This document shows, piece after piece, positions 1 through 10,167 of a DNA stretch of 64,000 nt (the stretch's first letter is position 1; the number at the start of each line of letters is the position of its first letter). Source of the DNA: Candidatus Magasanikiibacteriota bacterium (GTDB lineage Bacteria; Patescibacteriota; Patescibacteriia; Magasanikbacterales; GWA2-37-8); assembly GCA_041666265.1 (NCBI GenBank), contig JBAYHH010000001.1, positions 72,056-136,055 on the forward strand, given 5' to 3'. A program made the translations under genes and the position numbers. The notes under the pieces are model-generated. The model was not told the DNA's origin and searched no databases. It saw only the letters and a program-made list of their open reading frames with translations.

Positions 1-632
1 AATCTTTAAAATACTTTTCTCGTAAAAAAACCATCTGGCTCGGTAATCCCGCCCGCCAACTGTCCGGCATTACTCAGGCGGAAGGAAAAAATTTTTTTGG
101 TTTTAAATTCGGCGCGCCGGTCGTTTTTGTGGTTGGCGGCGGCACCGGCAGCGCTCGACTCAATCAGATTATGATTGAGGCCTTGCCCGCTTGGCCCAAG
201 GATTGGCAAATAATTCATCTGGTCGGTCGCGATCGGCCTCGGGAGACAGCGTCCAAAGCGAGTGAGGTTTTTGATAATTATCATGTTTTTGATTTTTTTA
301 CCAAAGAGATGCGTTACGCCTACGCGGCCGCCGATGTGGTGGTGGCGCGGGCCGGGTTCAATACGATTACCGAGCTGGCTTTGTTGTCCAAGGCGGCGAT
401 ATTATCGCCTGCTCCCGGCCACCAGGAAGCCAACGCCGATTTTCTTAAAAAACATGATGCGGCCTGGACGCTCAACCAAAGTCAGGACGGGGGATTGAAG
501 CTGGTGCAGATGGTCAAAGAATTAATTTTGATTCCTCAACGCGGACGCGTGCTTGGCGAAAACATTCATCGCATTTTGCCCATCGCCGATCCCAAAGCCA
601 TCGCTGTAATCGTCGATCGTTTAATAAAATAA
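1..632 (+). CDS. murG: UDP-N-acetylglucosamine--LPS/lipid II N-acetylglucosaminyltransferase MurG, C-terminal part (5' truncated by window edge)
   Basis: Frame is open back to window start (codons from pos 3). GGGTGS glycine-rich loop and the C-terminal GT-B half are typical of MurG. Stop at 632. Confidence 0.75.
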   Translation, partial: SLKYFSRKKTIWLGNPARQLSGITQAEGKNFFGFKFGAPVVFVVGGGTGSARLNQIMIEALPAWPKDWQIIHLVGRDRPRETASKASEVFDNYHVFDFFTKEMRYAYAAADVVVARAGFNTITELALLSKAAILSPAPGHQEANADFLKKHDAAWTLNQSQDGGLKLVQMVKELILIPQRGRVLGENIHRILPIADPKAIAVIVDRLIK

Positions 633-670
633 AAAAGACCTTCCAAGTAATTCGGAAGGTCTTTTTTATT
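631..670. terminator. bidirectional rho-independent terminator between murG(+) and the convergent minus-strand gene
   Basis: AAGACCTTCC-aagtaattc-GGAAGGTCTT perfect 10-bp stem, flanked by A-run upstream and T-run downstream. Confidence 0.7.
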
Positions 671-2987
671 ACTTCAAATTTATCTGATATAATTTATTGT
701 TATTCAAAATATACGCCCGACCATTGGCTTCGTCAATCACCGTGTCGGATGGATTATCCAATTCCGGAGCCATCAGCTGATTTTTTAATCGTCCGTCTTT
801 ACTTAAAACAATCAAGCGTTTGCCGGCGGTATCCAAAACATAAAGATAATTCAAATCAGTATAGGTCCAGATTTTATTTCCATTGGTCAGCGGGGGGTCA
901 ATTCCTTGGATGAAAAATTGCGCCATCGCTCCCGCGTTGAATTTAACAATGGTTCCGTCGGCTTTTTGAACAAATAAATCGCCATCAATCGTGATGCTGT
1001 TGCCGTTTTTTATGTCGACTGATTTATCTTTTAGCCAATTATTACCCCGAGCGAATCCGCCCTTGACTGAATCATGACGGTAGATCGTATTATTGGCAGG
1101 ATCAAGCGAATATAAACGCCGATTGTAAATCACTATACCTTTGATATCGCTATTCAAATCAGCAAACGCGTCAGTGGCGGTTCGCAATGAAAATTCTTTC
1201 GGGTCAAAAAATGCCAATTGATTTTTATTGAAAACAAACAAAATATAATCGTTTTCTTTGGGGGTGGCCGCCGCCCTGAAGCCATCGATACCCGGCAATA
1301 TTCCCGGCACGGTTTTGCTTTCTTTAGTGAGAGCGTCATAGACAAATAGCGTTGAGGTGTTGTGGCTATAAGCAATAATTTTAGTCCCCACTTTGGCCAG
1401 TCCCTCAAAATTTGTTTTACCGGATGCTTCGTTCCAGTCAAATAAAATTTGCGGCGTGACAGTGATGATTTTGCGCAATCGCGTCGCAATATCGTCCAAT
1501 GCCTTATGCATCGTGTTGCAGTCGACAATATTATCTTTGTCCGAGCATTTCAATTTTTCCAATTGCTCGCGCGCGCTCGCGATGTGGGATAGCGCGGTGA
1601 TTTCATCGCCGTAAATCAAGGCGCTTTCGCCGGCGTCTTTTTTGACGACAATCTGATCAAAAACGGTTTTGAAATCAGCTCGCGCCATCGCCCGAGTTTG
1701 TTGATGACGAATATATATGACGCTAAGCACAAAAATAATGGCGATGACAATTGATGAAAAAAGCATTATTTTCGTCATTGATGGCAACTGTTTGAAATAA
1801 ACGACAAAATTTTTCCATTCGCGTCTCCAATTGTCCAAAATCAATCCACGGCGATTTTGCCAATTGGTGACAATCAAAAATAAAAGACCGATCGTATTTA
1901 TCAGGCGGAGCAAAACGGCCCAAATAAAACCAATGATATAAAATAGTATTTTACCAAAAAGCGCTATTGATTTTTTTAAAGCGCGAGCCATCACGACGCC
2001 ATCCAACGATTGAGCAAACGCCTGTCGATTTCTTTTTTCTGAATAGTGGGAGCGCGCGTGAGCGGAGTTGATTTCCGCGGCCGGCGGACGCATTGCGATC
2101 GTTGAGTTTGATTTGGAGGTGCCGCGATTTACTTCGGAAAATCCTGAGAACATCCCTTTGAGCCTATCGTTAATCTTTGGCATCATGGAGGGGGATAAAA
2201 TACTTGAGGTTTGCTTTTCCGTGTCAAAAAAAGAGTTTAACGATTTGGCCGATCCTCCTTTGGGTAAATTTTGTTTGTGATAATGGGCGGTTTCGACGAT
2301 TTTGGCTGATTGGAAAAGATTAATGATCAATCCGCCAAACGAGAATCCGTTTTTCAGTTCGGACAATACGCGTTCGAGATGTTCGGCGCTCTGGCGCGCC
2401 GGCCTCGTGGTCACGATTTTTTCCAATCGGTCCAGATCGAAGTATTGTGTGATATGCGGGGTGCCGACAAATAAAAAGTCGTCCGGACTAATCTTGCCCT
2501 GTACCACTTGGGCAAACAGCGAATTTGACCCGCTGTCGGCATCTCCTTCGATCAAATTTAATTTTTGGTATAAACCGTTTTTATTTTTATAAAAAAGCGC
2601 CATTATCGGCTGGCCGTAAAAAGAAAAAACAATGTTGGATTTGTTGATCACACCAACGACGCAACTGAGCGAAATAGTGTCTTGGAGCAAAGCAAATCCG
2701 GCCGGGTTAATTTTACTGATAGTTTCTTCAAACAGTAAGTCGGGATTGTCGCTGTCCACGGCTTCGTAGTACTCATTCTCAATCTGATCAATAATTTCCT
2801 GTAATTTGAGTATGGTTTTAGTATCGCCGCCGTTGATTTCACAGACGGCAAAAAAATAGCCCCTTTGTCTTTCCTCATCGGTGGCCGGCTCCGTAATGTG
2901 CAAAAGCACATGAGATTTTTGTTGATTCTTCCCCTCTACAAAAAATTCATGGAGGCGCAAAGCATGTTCCATAGTGATTTTTGACAT
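669..2987 (-). CDS. hypothetical membrane protein (772 aa): N-terminal cytoplasmic domain, two central TM helices, C-terminal beta-propeller-like repeat domain
   Basis: long ORF; hydrophobic segments ~aa 330-420; C-terminal repeated D-x-x-N/G-x-x-Y motifs; N-terminal region weakly PP2C-like (FFAVCEINGGD). Confidence 0.6.
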   Translation of the reverse strand: MSKITMEHALRLHEFFVEGKNQQKSHVLLHITEPATDEERQRGYFFAVCEINGGDTKTILKLQEIIDQIENEYYEAVDSDNPDLLFEETISKINPAGFALLQDTISLSCVVGVINKSNIVFSFYGQPIMALFYKNKNGLYQKLNLIEGDADSGSNSLFAQVVQGKISPDDFLFVGTPHITQYFDLDRLEKIVTTRPARQSAEHLERVLSELKNGFSFGGLIINLFQSAKIVETAHYHKQNLPKGGSAKSLNSFFDTEKQTSSILSPSMMPKINDRLKGMFSGFSEVNRGTSKSNSTIAMRPPAAEINSAHARSHYSEKRNRQAFAQSLDGVVMARALKKSIALFGKILFYIIGFIWAVLLRLINTIGLLFLIVTNWQNRRGLILDNWRREWKNFVVYFKQLPSMTKIMLFSSIVIAIIFVLSVIYIRHQQTRAMARADFKTVFDQIVVKKDAGESALIYGDEITALSHIASAREQLEKLKCSDKDNIVDCNTMHKALDDIATRLRKIITVTPQILFDWNEASGKTNFEGLAKVGTKIIAYSHNTSTLFVYDALTKESKTVPGILPGIDGFRAAATPKENDYILFVFNKNQLAFFDPKEFSLRTATDAFADLNSDIKGIVIYNRRLYSLDPANNTIYRHDSVKGGFARGNNWLKDKSVDIKNGNSITIDGDLFVQKADGTIVKFNAGAMAQFFIQGIDPPLTNGNKIWTYTDLNYLYVLDTAGKRLIVLSKDGRLKNQLMAPELDNPSDTVIDEANGRAYILNNNKLYQINLK

Positions 2988-3115
2988 TTTAACTCATAGA
3001 TATTATACTATATGCGTCGATATGCGTAAAGTGGATAAGATGCGGGCGCGCAAACGCGTTAACGGCATTTTTCCTATCATATCATTTTCAATAAAATCAT
3101 TGATCGATCAAAAAT

Positions 3116-3709
3116 ATGCTTGAACACTTTTTTGGTTCAAAGACCCGAGTCAAGTTACTACAGATATTTTTTCGTCATCCGGAAAAACCGTTTTTTGTGC
3201 GCGAGCTTTCTCGCCTGGCTGATTTGCAATTAAATACGATTCGCCGTGAATTGGCCAATCTCGAAGGGGTGGGATTAATCGCGACAGTGGAAGGAGTAGG
3301 TGGATCGGAAGCCACCGGCACGGAGCGATCACGCTATTACAAGCTTAATTCAGCGAATTTGCTCTTGCCCGAGCTTAGAGCCTTATTATTCAAGGCGCAA
3401 GTGCTGGAAGAACAAGAGTTTATCAATATTTTAAAAGATAAAGTCGGTAAATTAAATTATTTTTTGCTTTCCGGTATTTTTTCCAATGCCAGCGACAGCC
3501 AAACCGACATGCTTTTGGTGGGCGATATCAAAGAAACCACGCTGGAGCGTCTCGTAAAAGAATTTGAAAAAGTAGTAAGCGCGCCTATTCGTTATACCGT
3601 AATGACGGACAAAGAATTCGAGGATCGACGGGAGATCGGGGATCGTTTTTTATATAGCGTGCTTGAGGCGAAACATATTTTAGTGATTGACAATTTTAAC
3701 TTAAATTAA
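3116..3709 (+). CDS. hypothetical protein with N-terminal winged-helix-like region (possible DNA-binding protein)
   Basis: 197-aa ORF; N-terminal KTRVKLLQIFFRHPEKPFFVRELSRLADLQLNTIRRELANLEGVGLI resembles wHTH regulators. Confidence 0.5.
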   Translation: MLEHFFGSKTRVKLLQIFFRHPEKPFFVRELSRLADLQLNTIRRELANLEGVGLIATVEGVGGSEATGTERSRYYKLNSANLLLPELRALLFKAQVLEEQEFINILKDKVGKLNYFLLSGIFSNASDSQTDMLLVGDIKETTLERLVKEFEKVVSAPIRYTVMTDKEFEDRREIGDRFLYSVLEAKHILVIDNFNLN

Positions 3710-3711
3710 AC

Positions 3712-4077
3712 ATGCGTTTACTGTTGGACAATTCAAGCAATGACACTATCGTTTGGATGCCGGAGAACGGCGAGTGGTTTGAGTTTGGGCAAAAATTGGG
3801 AGTGCTGGCTGGTTTGGAAGCGTTGTTAAAAAAGAAAAATGTTAAATTGGCGGATGTTTCCGGATTAGCCGTTGTGGTTGGTCGGGGGCGCTTTACCTCG
3901 ACGCGGATTGCCGCGACGGTCGCCAATACCTTGGCTTATGCTTTACAAATTCCAATTGTCGCTGTTAATGACAGCCGAGAAAAATGGTTGGATAAATTAA
4001 GTGTTCAACCGGTCGGTCAATATATTAGCGCGCAATACAGCGCCGAGGCCAATATCGGGAAAAAATTCATCGAATAA
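3712..4077 (+). CDS. tsaB: tRNA threonylcarbamoyladenosine biosynthesis protein TsaB-like (short, N-terminal YeaZ domain only)
   Basis: GVLAGLEALL...LAVVVGRGRFTSTRIAATVANTLAYALQIPIVAVN matches YeaZ/TsaB N-terminal actin-like fold motifs (GPGSFTGLRIG-like). Confidence 0.5.
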   Translation: MRLLLDNSSNDTIVWMPENGEWFEFGQKLGVLAGLEALLKKKNVKLADVSGLAVVVGRGRFTSTRIAATVANTLAYALQIPIVAVNDSREKWLDKLSVQPVGQYISAQYSAEANIGKKFIE

Positions 4078-4078
4078 T

Positions 4079-5563
4079 ATGATTTCTGATTATCAGCGCT
4101 ATCGAATTTACGAAACATTACCCGCTTTGTCTGTTTGGGTTACTTTGATTGGCGGGATATTATTGTCGTTTTTTCAGCCTCTTTGGATGATTTATGCTAT
4201 TTTGGTGTTTGATGTTTATTGGGTTTTGCGTGTGACATATTTTTCTTTTTATTTGATTTTATCATGGACCAGATTTCATCGTTTCGTCCGGATTGACTGG
4301 CATCAGAAGCTACAGCTGGACAAACCGCAGTGGAAAGATAAAATCAATGTTATTTTTTTACCGGTTTATAATGAATCATACGAAGTGGTATCGGCGACTT
4401 TGTTTGGTTTAAAAAAGTCAGTCTTACCGGCCGATAAATTACTGGTTGTTATTTCAGGCGAAGGACGAATGTTGGATCACTGGCAATCTTTGCAAAAACG
4501 AATATCGGCGGAGTTTAGCGGTGTTTTTGCCGATTTGATTTTATACACCCACCCCGATCATTTACCCGATGAGATTCCCGGCAAAGGATCGAATATTCAT
4601 TATGCTGAATTTGAATTTAAAAAATACGCTGACAAAAACGGTTGGAATTACGATGATATCATCGCGTCGATATTTGATGTTGACACCTTGGTTCATCCCC
4701 AGTATTTCGCCCATCTTACTTATATGTATTGCAGTCACGCGCGTCCGACCAGGAGCTCTTATCAACCGGTGACGCTGTATAATAATAATTTGTGGGATTC
4801 GCCGGCAGTTTTGCGGATCATGGCCTTTAGCACCAGCTTTTGGATGCTTTTTAGCTTGGGGCGTCTCGATAATCTGGTGACCTTTTCTTCGCATAGCATG
4901 AGCTTTCGAGCAATTATGGATTGCGGCGGCCACGCCAAAAATATCGTGAGCGAAGACTCGCGCATTTATTTTCAATGTTACTTGCATTACGATGGCGACT
5001 ACGAAGTAACCCCGCTATATATTCCGGTTTCAATGGACACGGTGCGCGACGACAAGATTTGGCGCAGCTTGCGCAATCTTTATTATCAGCAGAGGCGTTG
5101 GGCTTGGGGCGTGGAAAATATACCGTATTTGTTGTGGCAATTTCGTCTGCATCCGAAAATCAGCTTCGTAAAAAAATTTATTTTATTATTTCACGAGTGG
5201 GAAGGCAAGTGGAGCTGGGGAGTGGTCGCGATTTTGATCACGATTCTCGGCCGTTTGCCGCTTTGGGTCGCGCCGGATGCCATTCGACAGAGCGCTTTGT
5301 TTTTTAACACGCCGTTTGTTTTGGAAAATTTGATGCGCCTGGCCATGCTCGGTCTTTTTATTTCGACCATTATGAGCATGCTCATAATGCCGCGTCGTCC
5401 CGATCGCCACTCACCGCACAAATATTTATTTATGATTGCGCAATGGGCGCTTTTACCCATTTCTTTGATTTGTTTTTCTTCGTTGCCGTGTATTGACGCC
5501 ATGACGCATCTCATGTTTGGCAAATATCTTGGTTTTAATGTGTCTGCCAAAAAACGCACCTAA
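4079..5563 (+). CDS. processive family-2 glycosyltransferase (cellulose/chitin-synthase-like), integral membrane
   Basis: VIFLPVYNESYEV (GT2 A-motif), DVDTLVHPQYF (DxD), QQRRWAWG (QxxRW processivity motif), multiple TM helices. Start moved to ATG 4079 to avoid overlap with tsaB. Confidence 0.7.
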   Translation: MISDYQRYRIYETLPALSVWVTLIGGILLSFFQPLWMIYAILVFDVYWVLRVTYFSFYLILSWTRFHRFVRIDWHQKLQLDKPQWKDKINVIFLPVYNESYEVVSATLFGLKKSVLPADKLLVVISGEGRMLDHWQSLQKRISAEFSGVFADLILYTHPDHLPDEIPGKGSNIHYAEFEFKKYADKNGWNYDDIIASIFDVDTLVHPQYFAHLTYMYCSHARPTRSSYQPVTLYNNNLWDSPAVLRIMAFSTSFWMLFSLGRLDNLVTFSSHSMSFRAIMDCGGHAKNIVSEDSRIYFQCYLHYDGDYEVTPLYIPVSMDTVRDDKIWRSLRNLYYQQRRWAWGVENIPYLLWQFRLHPKISFVKKFILLFHEWEGKWSWGVVAILITILGRLPLWVAPDAIRQSALFFNTPFVLENLMRLAMLGLFISTIMSMLIMPRRPDRHSPHKYLFMIAQWALLPISLICFSSLPCIDAMTHLMFGKYLGFNVSAKKRT

Positions 5564-5567
5564 ATTT

Positions 5568-6992
5568 ATGAAATTATTGAAAATCTTATTATTAATATCA
5601 GCAACATTGGCGGTCTTGGGCGCGATCGGAGTTTATTTTTTTCAAAATGGCGTTTTGCAAGAAACTGTGATTAACGAAGCGCGAAAACAAATACCGGCGA
5701 TCGCGACCGCGCCCGATGATCTTATCCAAAATATTTTAGGCCTGAAGGCCACAAGGCATTATTTATTGTTATTTTTAAATAATACCGAAATGCGTCCCGG
5801 CGGCGGATTTATCGGGTCATACGGAGTAGTCAAAATGGAAGGCGGCCGACCGGAAATTTTGAAAGTCGAAGGCACCGAAATTTTGGATTACAGTCAAGAT
5901 GATTTTGATTTGCCGCCTCCACCCCAGCCGATCAGTGAATATTTAAAAGTGAAAAAATGGTATTTTCGCGATAGCAATTGGTCGCCGGATTTCGCGTCAT
6001 CGTCAGAGCGGGCGCTGGATTTTTATCGTCGAGAAAAAGGTTTGGCCGCCGATAGCATCGATGGAGTGATCGGCCTTACTCCGACCGTGATCGCGGAGAT
6101 TTTAAAAGTTACCGGACCGATAAAAATGGGCGGCCTTGAATTTAACAGCGATAATTTTGTGGAAAAGCTGGAGTATCAAGTGGAGTATGGTTACAAGGAG
6201 GATGATATCGCCCACAGTGATCGCAAGTTGATTTTGGGTGATTTGGCGCGCGCTCTCATGCAAAAAATTAAATACGACGCATTTTTAAACTGGAAAAAAT
6301 ATTTCGCTCTGGTCGAGAGATTGATCGCGGAAAAACAAATCATTTTTTATTCGACCGATGCCGGAGAGCAGAAATCATTGATTAATTCTGGTTGGGCCGG
6401 AGAAATGAAAAAATTCGCGGGTGATTATTTATTGTGGGCCGATGCCAACTTGGGCGCGCTGAAGACCGATTTGGCGGTCGAGAAATCGTTATCATATAGT
6501 TTGACCACCACTTCGATTGGCTATGAATCGGAAATTTCGATGACCTATCAACATTCCGGAAACATTGATTGGCGCACCAGTCGTTATCGAACTTACGCCC
6601 GCGCGTATGTGCCGGCGGGCAGTAAATTGGTGGCCGGGCAGGCAAATACCATTGGTTTAAAAACAGTCGAAAAATTAGCCGTTGATCAAGGGGTGGAAAA
6701 TGGTCGGCAGTGGTTTGGCGCTTTTGTGACCGTGGCACCGGGTCAAAGTTTGCGCTTGTCTTTTAAATATGTGCCCGCGCCCGCAATCGTAAAGATGATT
6801 GAAATGAATGATTATGGACTCTTGGTTCAAAAACAATTGGGCAGTGAAAATGTGAAATTAACACTGGGTATGGATTTTGGGAAAAAGGTGGTGTCGGCCA
6901 CGCCGCCTGAAGCTAAAGAAAAATTTGGCGACAACCGCTATGATTTACCAACTGATTTGACCACCGATCGTAAATTTGAAATCAAGTGGTGA
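5568..6992 (+). CDS. DUF4012-like membrane-anchored extracytoplasmic protein
   Basis: N-terminal TM/signal anchor; NNTEMRPGGGFIGSYG motif typical of DUF4012. Start chosen at ATG 5568, just after the GT2 stop. Confidence 0.55.
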   Translation: MKLLKILLLISATLAVLGAIGVYFFQNGVLQETVINEARKQIPAIATAPDDLIQNILGLKATRHYLLLFLNNTEMRPGGGFIGSYGVVKMEGGRPEILKVEGTEILDYSQDDFDLPPPPQPISEYLKVKKWYFRDSNWSPDFASSSERALDFYRREKGLAADSIDGVIGLTPTVIAEILKVTGPIKMGGLEFNSDNFVEKLEYQVEYGYKEDDIAHSDRKLILGDLARALMQKIKYDAFLNWKKYFALVERLIAEKQIIFYSTDAGEQKSLINSGWAGEMKKFAGDYLLWADANLGALKTDLAVEKSLSYSLTTTSIGYESEISMTYQHSGNIDWRTSRYRTYARAYVPAGSKLVAGQANTIGLKTVEKLAVDQGVENGRQWFGAFVTVAPGQSLRLSFKYVPAPAIVKMIEMNDYGLLVQKQLGSENVKLTLGMDFGKKVVSATPPEAKEKFGDNRYDLPTDLTTDRKFEIKW

Positions 6993-7051
6993 TATTTAGA
7001 GCGGTATTTTTGGTTTTTGAAATTTATTTAGAACTTGTAATTTGATCCAGT

Positions 7052-8059
7052 ATGTTTATCAAAAAAATCGGCATCGATCTCGGCTCCAACAATGTTTTGG
7101 TTTATGTTTCCAAAAAAGGAATCGTAGTAAACGAACCGAGCGTCGTGGCTTTGTCCAAGGGCGACGGCAAGGTGCTTGCGGTCGGACTGGAGGCCAAAGA
7201 TATGATCGGGCGCACACCCGATACCATTAGCGCGCAGCAACCGGTCAAAGAAGGAGTGATCGCGAATTATCATATTACCGAAGCAATGTTGCGCTATTTT
7301 GTGAACAAAGCTTTGGGTGGGATGCGTTTGTTTCGGCCGGAAGTGATGATTGCGGTGCCGGCCGGCATTACTTCTACCGAACGCCGAGCCGTGATCGACG
7401 CCACTATCGCCGCGGGCGCGCGCGCCGCTTATATTATCAAGCAACCGATTGTGGCCGCCATTGGAGCGGATATTCCGATTGGCGCCGCGGCCGGTCATAT
7501 GGTCATCGATATTGGCGCCGGCAAGGCCGAAATCGCCGTTATTTCATTGGGTGGCATCGTGACCTGGGGTTCGGTGCGCATCGGCGGCAATAAATTCGAC
7601 AGCTCAATCGTAGATTATGTCCGTCATAAATATAATATGGCTATCGGTGAACACAGTGCCGAAGAGATTAAAATTCAGGTGGGATCGGCAATGTTTATGG
7701 ACAAGCCGATTTCCGTTGAGACCAAGGGTCGCGATATGATTGCCGGTTTGCCTCGTATTATTACCGTTAATTCTGACGATATCACCGAGGCTATTCAGCA
7801 TGATTTGGACCTGCTCACAGACGCTATTAAAGATGTTTTACACAAAACTCCGCCCGAGCTTTCCGCTGATATTATGGACAAGGGCATTATTTTGACCGGT
7901 GGTTCGGCGCAATTGCGTAATATGAGCGCGCTGATCGCGCAGTCCACCGGCGTGCCGACTTATGTGGCCGAAGAGCCCAGCCTATGTGTGGCAAAGGGGA
8001 CGGGCATTGCTCTGGAAAATCTGGAAAATTACAAGCGCAGTATCATGGCTACCAAATAA
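7052..8059 (+). CDS. mreB: rod shape-determining actin homologue MreB
   Basis: IGIDLGSNNVLVYV phosphate-1 motif, DIGAGKAEIAV phosphate-2, LTGGSAQLRN adenosine motif; 335 aa. Confidence 0.9.
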   Translation: MFIKKIGIDLGSNNVLVYVSKKGIVVNEPSVVALSKGDGKVLAVGLEAKDMIGRTPDTISAQQPVKEGVIANYHITEAMLRYFVNKALGGMRLFRPEVMIAVPAGITSTERRAVIDATIAAGARAAYIIKQPIVAAIGADIPIGAAAGHMVIDIGAGKAEIAVISLGGIVTWGSVRIGGNKFDSSIVDYVRHKYNMAIGEHSAEEIKIQVGSAMFMDKPISVETKGRDMIAGLPRIITVNSDDITEAIQHDLDLLTDAIKDVLHKTPPELSADIMDKGIILTGGSAQLRNMSALIAQSTGVPTYVAEEPSLCVAKGTGIALENLENYKRSIMATK

Positions 8060-8088
8060 TTGCCAAGAATCCAAAAAATTGATAAAAT
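8060..8088 (+). promoter_or_regulatory. sigma70-like promoter TTGCCA-17-TAAAAT, giving a leaderless or near-leaderless holB transcript
   Basis: -35 TTGCCA 8060-8065, 17-nt spacer, -10 TAAAAT 8083-8088, ATG at 8095. Confidence 0.45.
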
Positions 8089-8094
8089 ATTACT

Positions 8095-9045
8095 ATGCTA
8101 ATCGGTCACCGGAAAATCGAGCAATTTTTTGATAACGCCAGCGTTTATGGCGGTTTGGGACACGCCTATTGTTTGGTGGGGGTTGAAAGCGTGGGTAAAC
8201 GAGCGTTGGTCGAGCATTTGGCCGCCAAACTGATCAAAATTGCGCCGGAACGCGTTTCATCCCACCCCGACTATTATTATTTGGCGCGTTCGATAGATGA
8301 AAAGACTGACAAATTACACAAAGATATCAGTGTAGTCCAGGCGCGTGATTTGCGTGAACGCCTGCAAAATATGTCTTGGAGCGGGGGGTATCAAATCATC
8401 GTTATCGACGAAGCGGAGTTATTAAGCATTCCGGCGGCCAACGCGCTTTTGAAAATTCTCGAAGAGCCGCCCCAAAAAAGTATTTTCTTTTTACTCACTA
8501 CCGATGAACAGACGATGTTGCCCACTATTCGTTCGCGCTGTCAGCTTTTTTATTTTGCTCTCGTGGATAGTATGGAAATCAGGGCGGGATTGATCGCGCT
8601 CGGTTGCGACGAGGACACCGCGGATACAGCGGCCAAATTATCATGGGGCCGGCCGGGTAGGGCGCTGGCGTTTTGGCAGGATAGCGCCAAGCGTCAACAG
8701 TATTATTTTGAATTAAAAAGATTATCACAAATGATCGGCGCCCCTTTTCATGTCAAAATCGCGCAAGTGGATGAGTTATTTGGGAAAAAAGATGAAGATG
8801 TTCAACTCAAGCGCGGGCGCTGGCGCGAGGTAATTAAAATTTGGCAAATGGTATGGCGCGACGCTTTATTGTCAAAATTATCAGCGGGCAAAGGCGAGAG
8901 CACTGAAAGCGATTTGATAAAATATAGCGCGGTGCCGGCGCAAAAAATCACAATGATTATCGATCGGCTCACGAACGCGGAAAAATTAATGGGAGAAAAT
9001 ATCAATCCGCGTCTGCTTATCGAAGAATTGATTACCGAATTTTAA
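8095..9045 (+). CDS. holB: DNA polymerase III delta-prime subunit
   Basis: clamp-loader AAA+ fold: VGKRALVEHLA (degenerate Walker A typical of delta-prime), IIVIDEAELL (Walker B), LLKILEEPP sensor motif. Confidence 0.8.
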   Translation: MLIGHRKIEQFFDNASVYGGLGHAYCLVGVESVGKRALVEHLAAKLIKIAPERVSSHPDYYYLARSIDEKTDKLHKDISVVQARDLRERLQNMSWSGGYQIIVIDEAELLSIPAANALLKILEEPPQKSIFFLLTTDEQTMLPTIRSRCQLFYFALVDSMEIRAGLIALGCDEDTADTAAKLSWGRPGRALAFWQDSAKRQQYYFELKRLSQMIGAPFHVKIAQVDELFGKKDEDVQLKRGRWREVIKIWQMVWRDALLSKLSAGKGESTESDLIKYSAVPAQKITMIIDRLTNAEKLMGENINPRLLIEELITEF

Positions 9046-9070
9046 AACATTAAAAAATAATTTAATTTAT

Positions 9071-10162
9071 ATGCGGTCAAAAATATTTCTTTTGGGGGCG
9101 CTCGCGGTCGCGACGGTTTTACTTGGCGCGGGTTGTATTTCACTGGGTGGCGGATCTTCGTCGGTGGGTCCGATGGGTATGTTTCGCTCTGTCGATAAAG
9201 GCGATACTTGGTCGGCGATTACCGCCTATCCCACCGCCAAAGGAGTGGGCAGTATTTCCGGTTTAAAAATTTTTCGTCTGTATAATGACCCCACCGATCC
9301 CAATGCCTATTATGCGGCCACGCGCGGGCAGGGTATGTATTTTACCTATAACAACGGCGATAGCTGGCAAACAATTTCCGCTTTGGCCGGCAAGTTTATT
9401 TACGGTTTTGATATCGACTCCAAAGATAAATGCACTCTTTACGCGGCCGACAACGCGCATATATATAAATCCACCGATTGTTCGCGCACTTGGGTGACTG
9501 TCTATACCGAGGAACGACCAACCCAACGGTTTGTGTCGCTCGCGATTGATAAAGGCGACAGTAATTATTTGTATGCCGCTGAAGTGGGCGGAGATATTTT
9601 GCAAAGCAGTGATGCCGGAGTCAGTTGGAAAATTGTCAAGCGATTTGGTTTTGACCTCCAGCATTTGGTGGCGGATCCGCAGTTATCCAAGCGCATCTAT
9701 GCGGCGGCATACCGCAAAGGGTTATTTCGTTCTGATGACGGTGGCGTGACTTGGGTTGATTTGAACGCCGGCCTCAATGCTTATAACGACAGCAAAACAT
9801 TTTATCGTTTGGTGTTAAATCCGGCCCAGACCAACAGTCTGTTTTGGATTTCCAAATACGGTATTTTGCGATCAGACGATGCCGGAGTTACCTGGAGCGA
9901 GCTCAAATTACTGACACCACCGGGTAATGTCAGTATCTATGCTTTTGCCATCAATCCAAAAAATCAAAAAGAAATATATTACACCGGCACTATTTTGGGT
10001 GATAAAAATGTTCATGTCCGTTCCACTTTTTATAAATCAGTGGACGGCGGCATCAATTGGGTGACCAAAAACTTGCCGACTAATACCGTGCCGGCTTCGA
10101 TGCTCATTCATCCGGTCAATACCAAAATTTTATTTTTAGGTTTTACTTTGTTAGATAACTAA
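9071..10162 (+). CDS. BNR/Asp-box repeat lipoprotein (Ycf48/sialidase-like beta-propeller)
   Basis: lipobox LLGAGC; seven S-x-D-x-G-x-T-W Asp-box repeats (SVDKGDTW, YNNGDSW, STDCSRTW, SSDAGVSW, SDDGGVTW, SDDAGVTW, SVDGGINW). Confidence 0.8.
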   Translation: MRSKIFLLGALAVATVLLGAGCISLGGGSSSVGPMGMFRSVDKGDTWSAITAYPTAKGVGSISGLKIFRLYNDPTDPNAYYAATRGQGMYFTYNNGDSWQTISALAGKFIYGFDIDSKDKCTLYAADNAHIYKSTDCSRTWVTVYTEERPTQRFVSLAIDKGDSNYLYAAEVGGDILQSSDAGVSWKIVKRFGFDLQHLVADPQLSKRIYAAAYRKGLFRSDDGGVTWVDLNAGLNAYNDSKTFYRLVLNPAQTNSLFWISKYGILRSDDAGVTWSELKLLTPPGNVSIYAFAINPKNQKEIYYTGTILGDKNVHVRSTFYKSVDGGINWVTKNLPTNTVPASMLIHPVNTKILFLGFTLLDN

Positions 10163-10167
10163 TCCAT

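Noticed and set aside
4001-4078. N-terminal extension of the glycosyltransferase ORF (starts at 4001 in the ORF track)
   Set aside because: It overlaps the 3' end of the tsaB-like gene in another frame. ATG 4079 gives a clean non-overlapping start with the TM region intact.
5517-5567. Upstream start (MANILVLMCLPKNAPKF) for the DUF4012 gene
   Set aside because: It overlaps the GT2 gene's 3' end. ATG 5568 follows its stop codon and begins the hydrophobic signal anchor.
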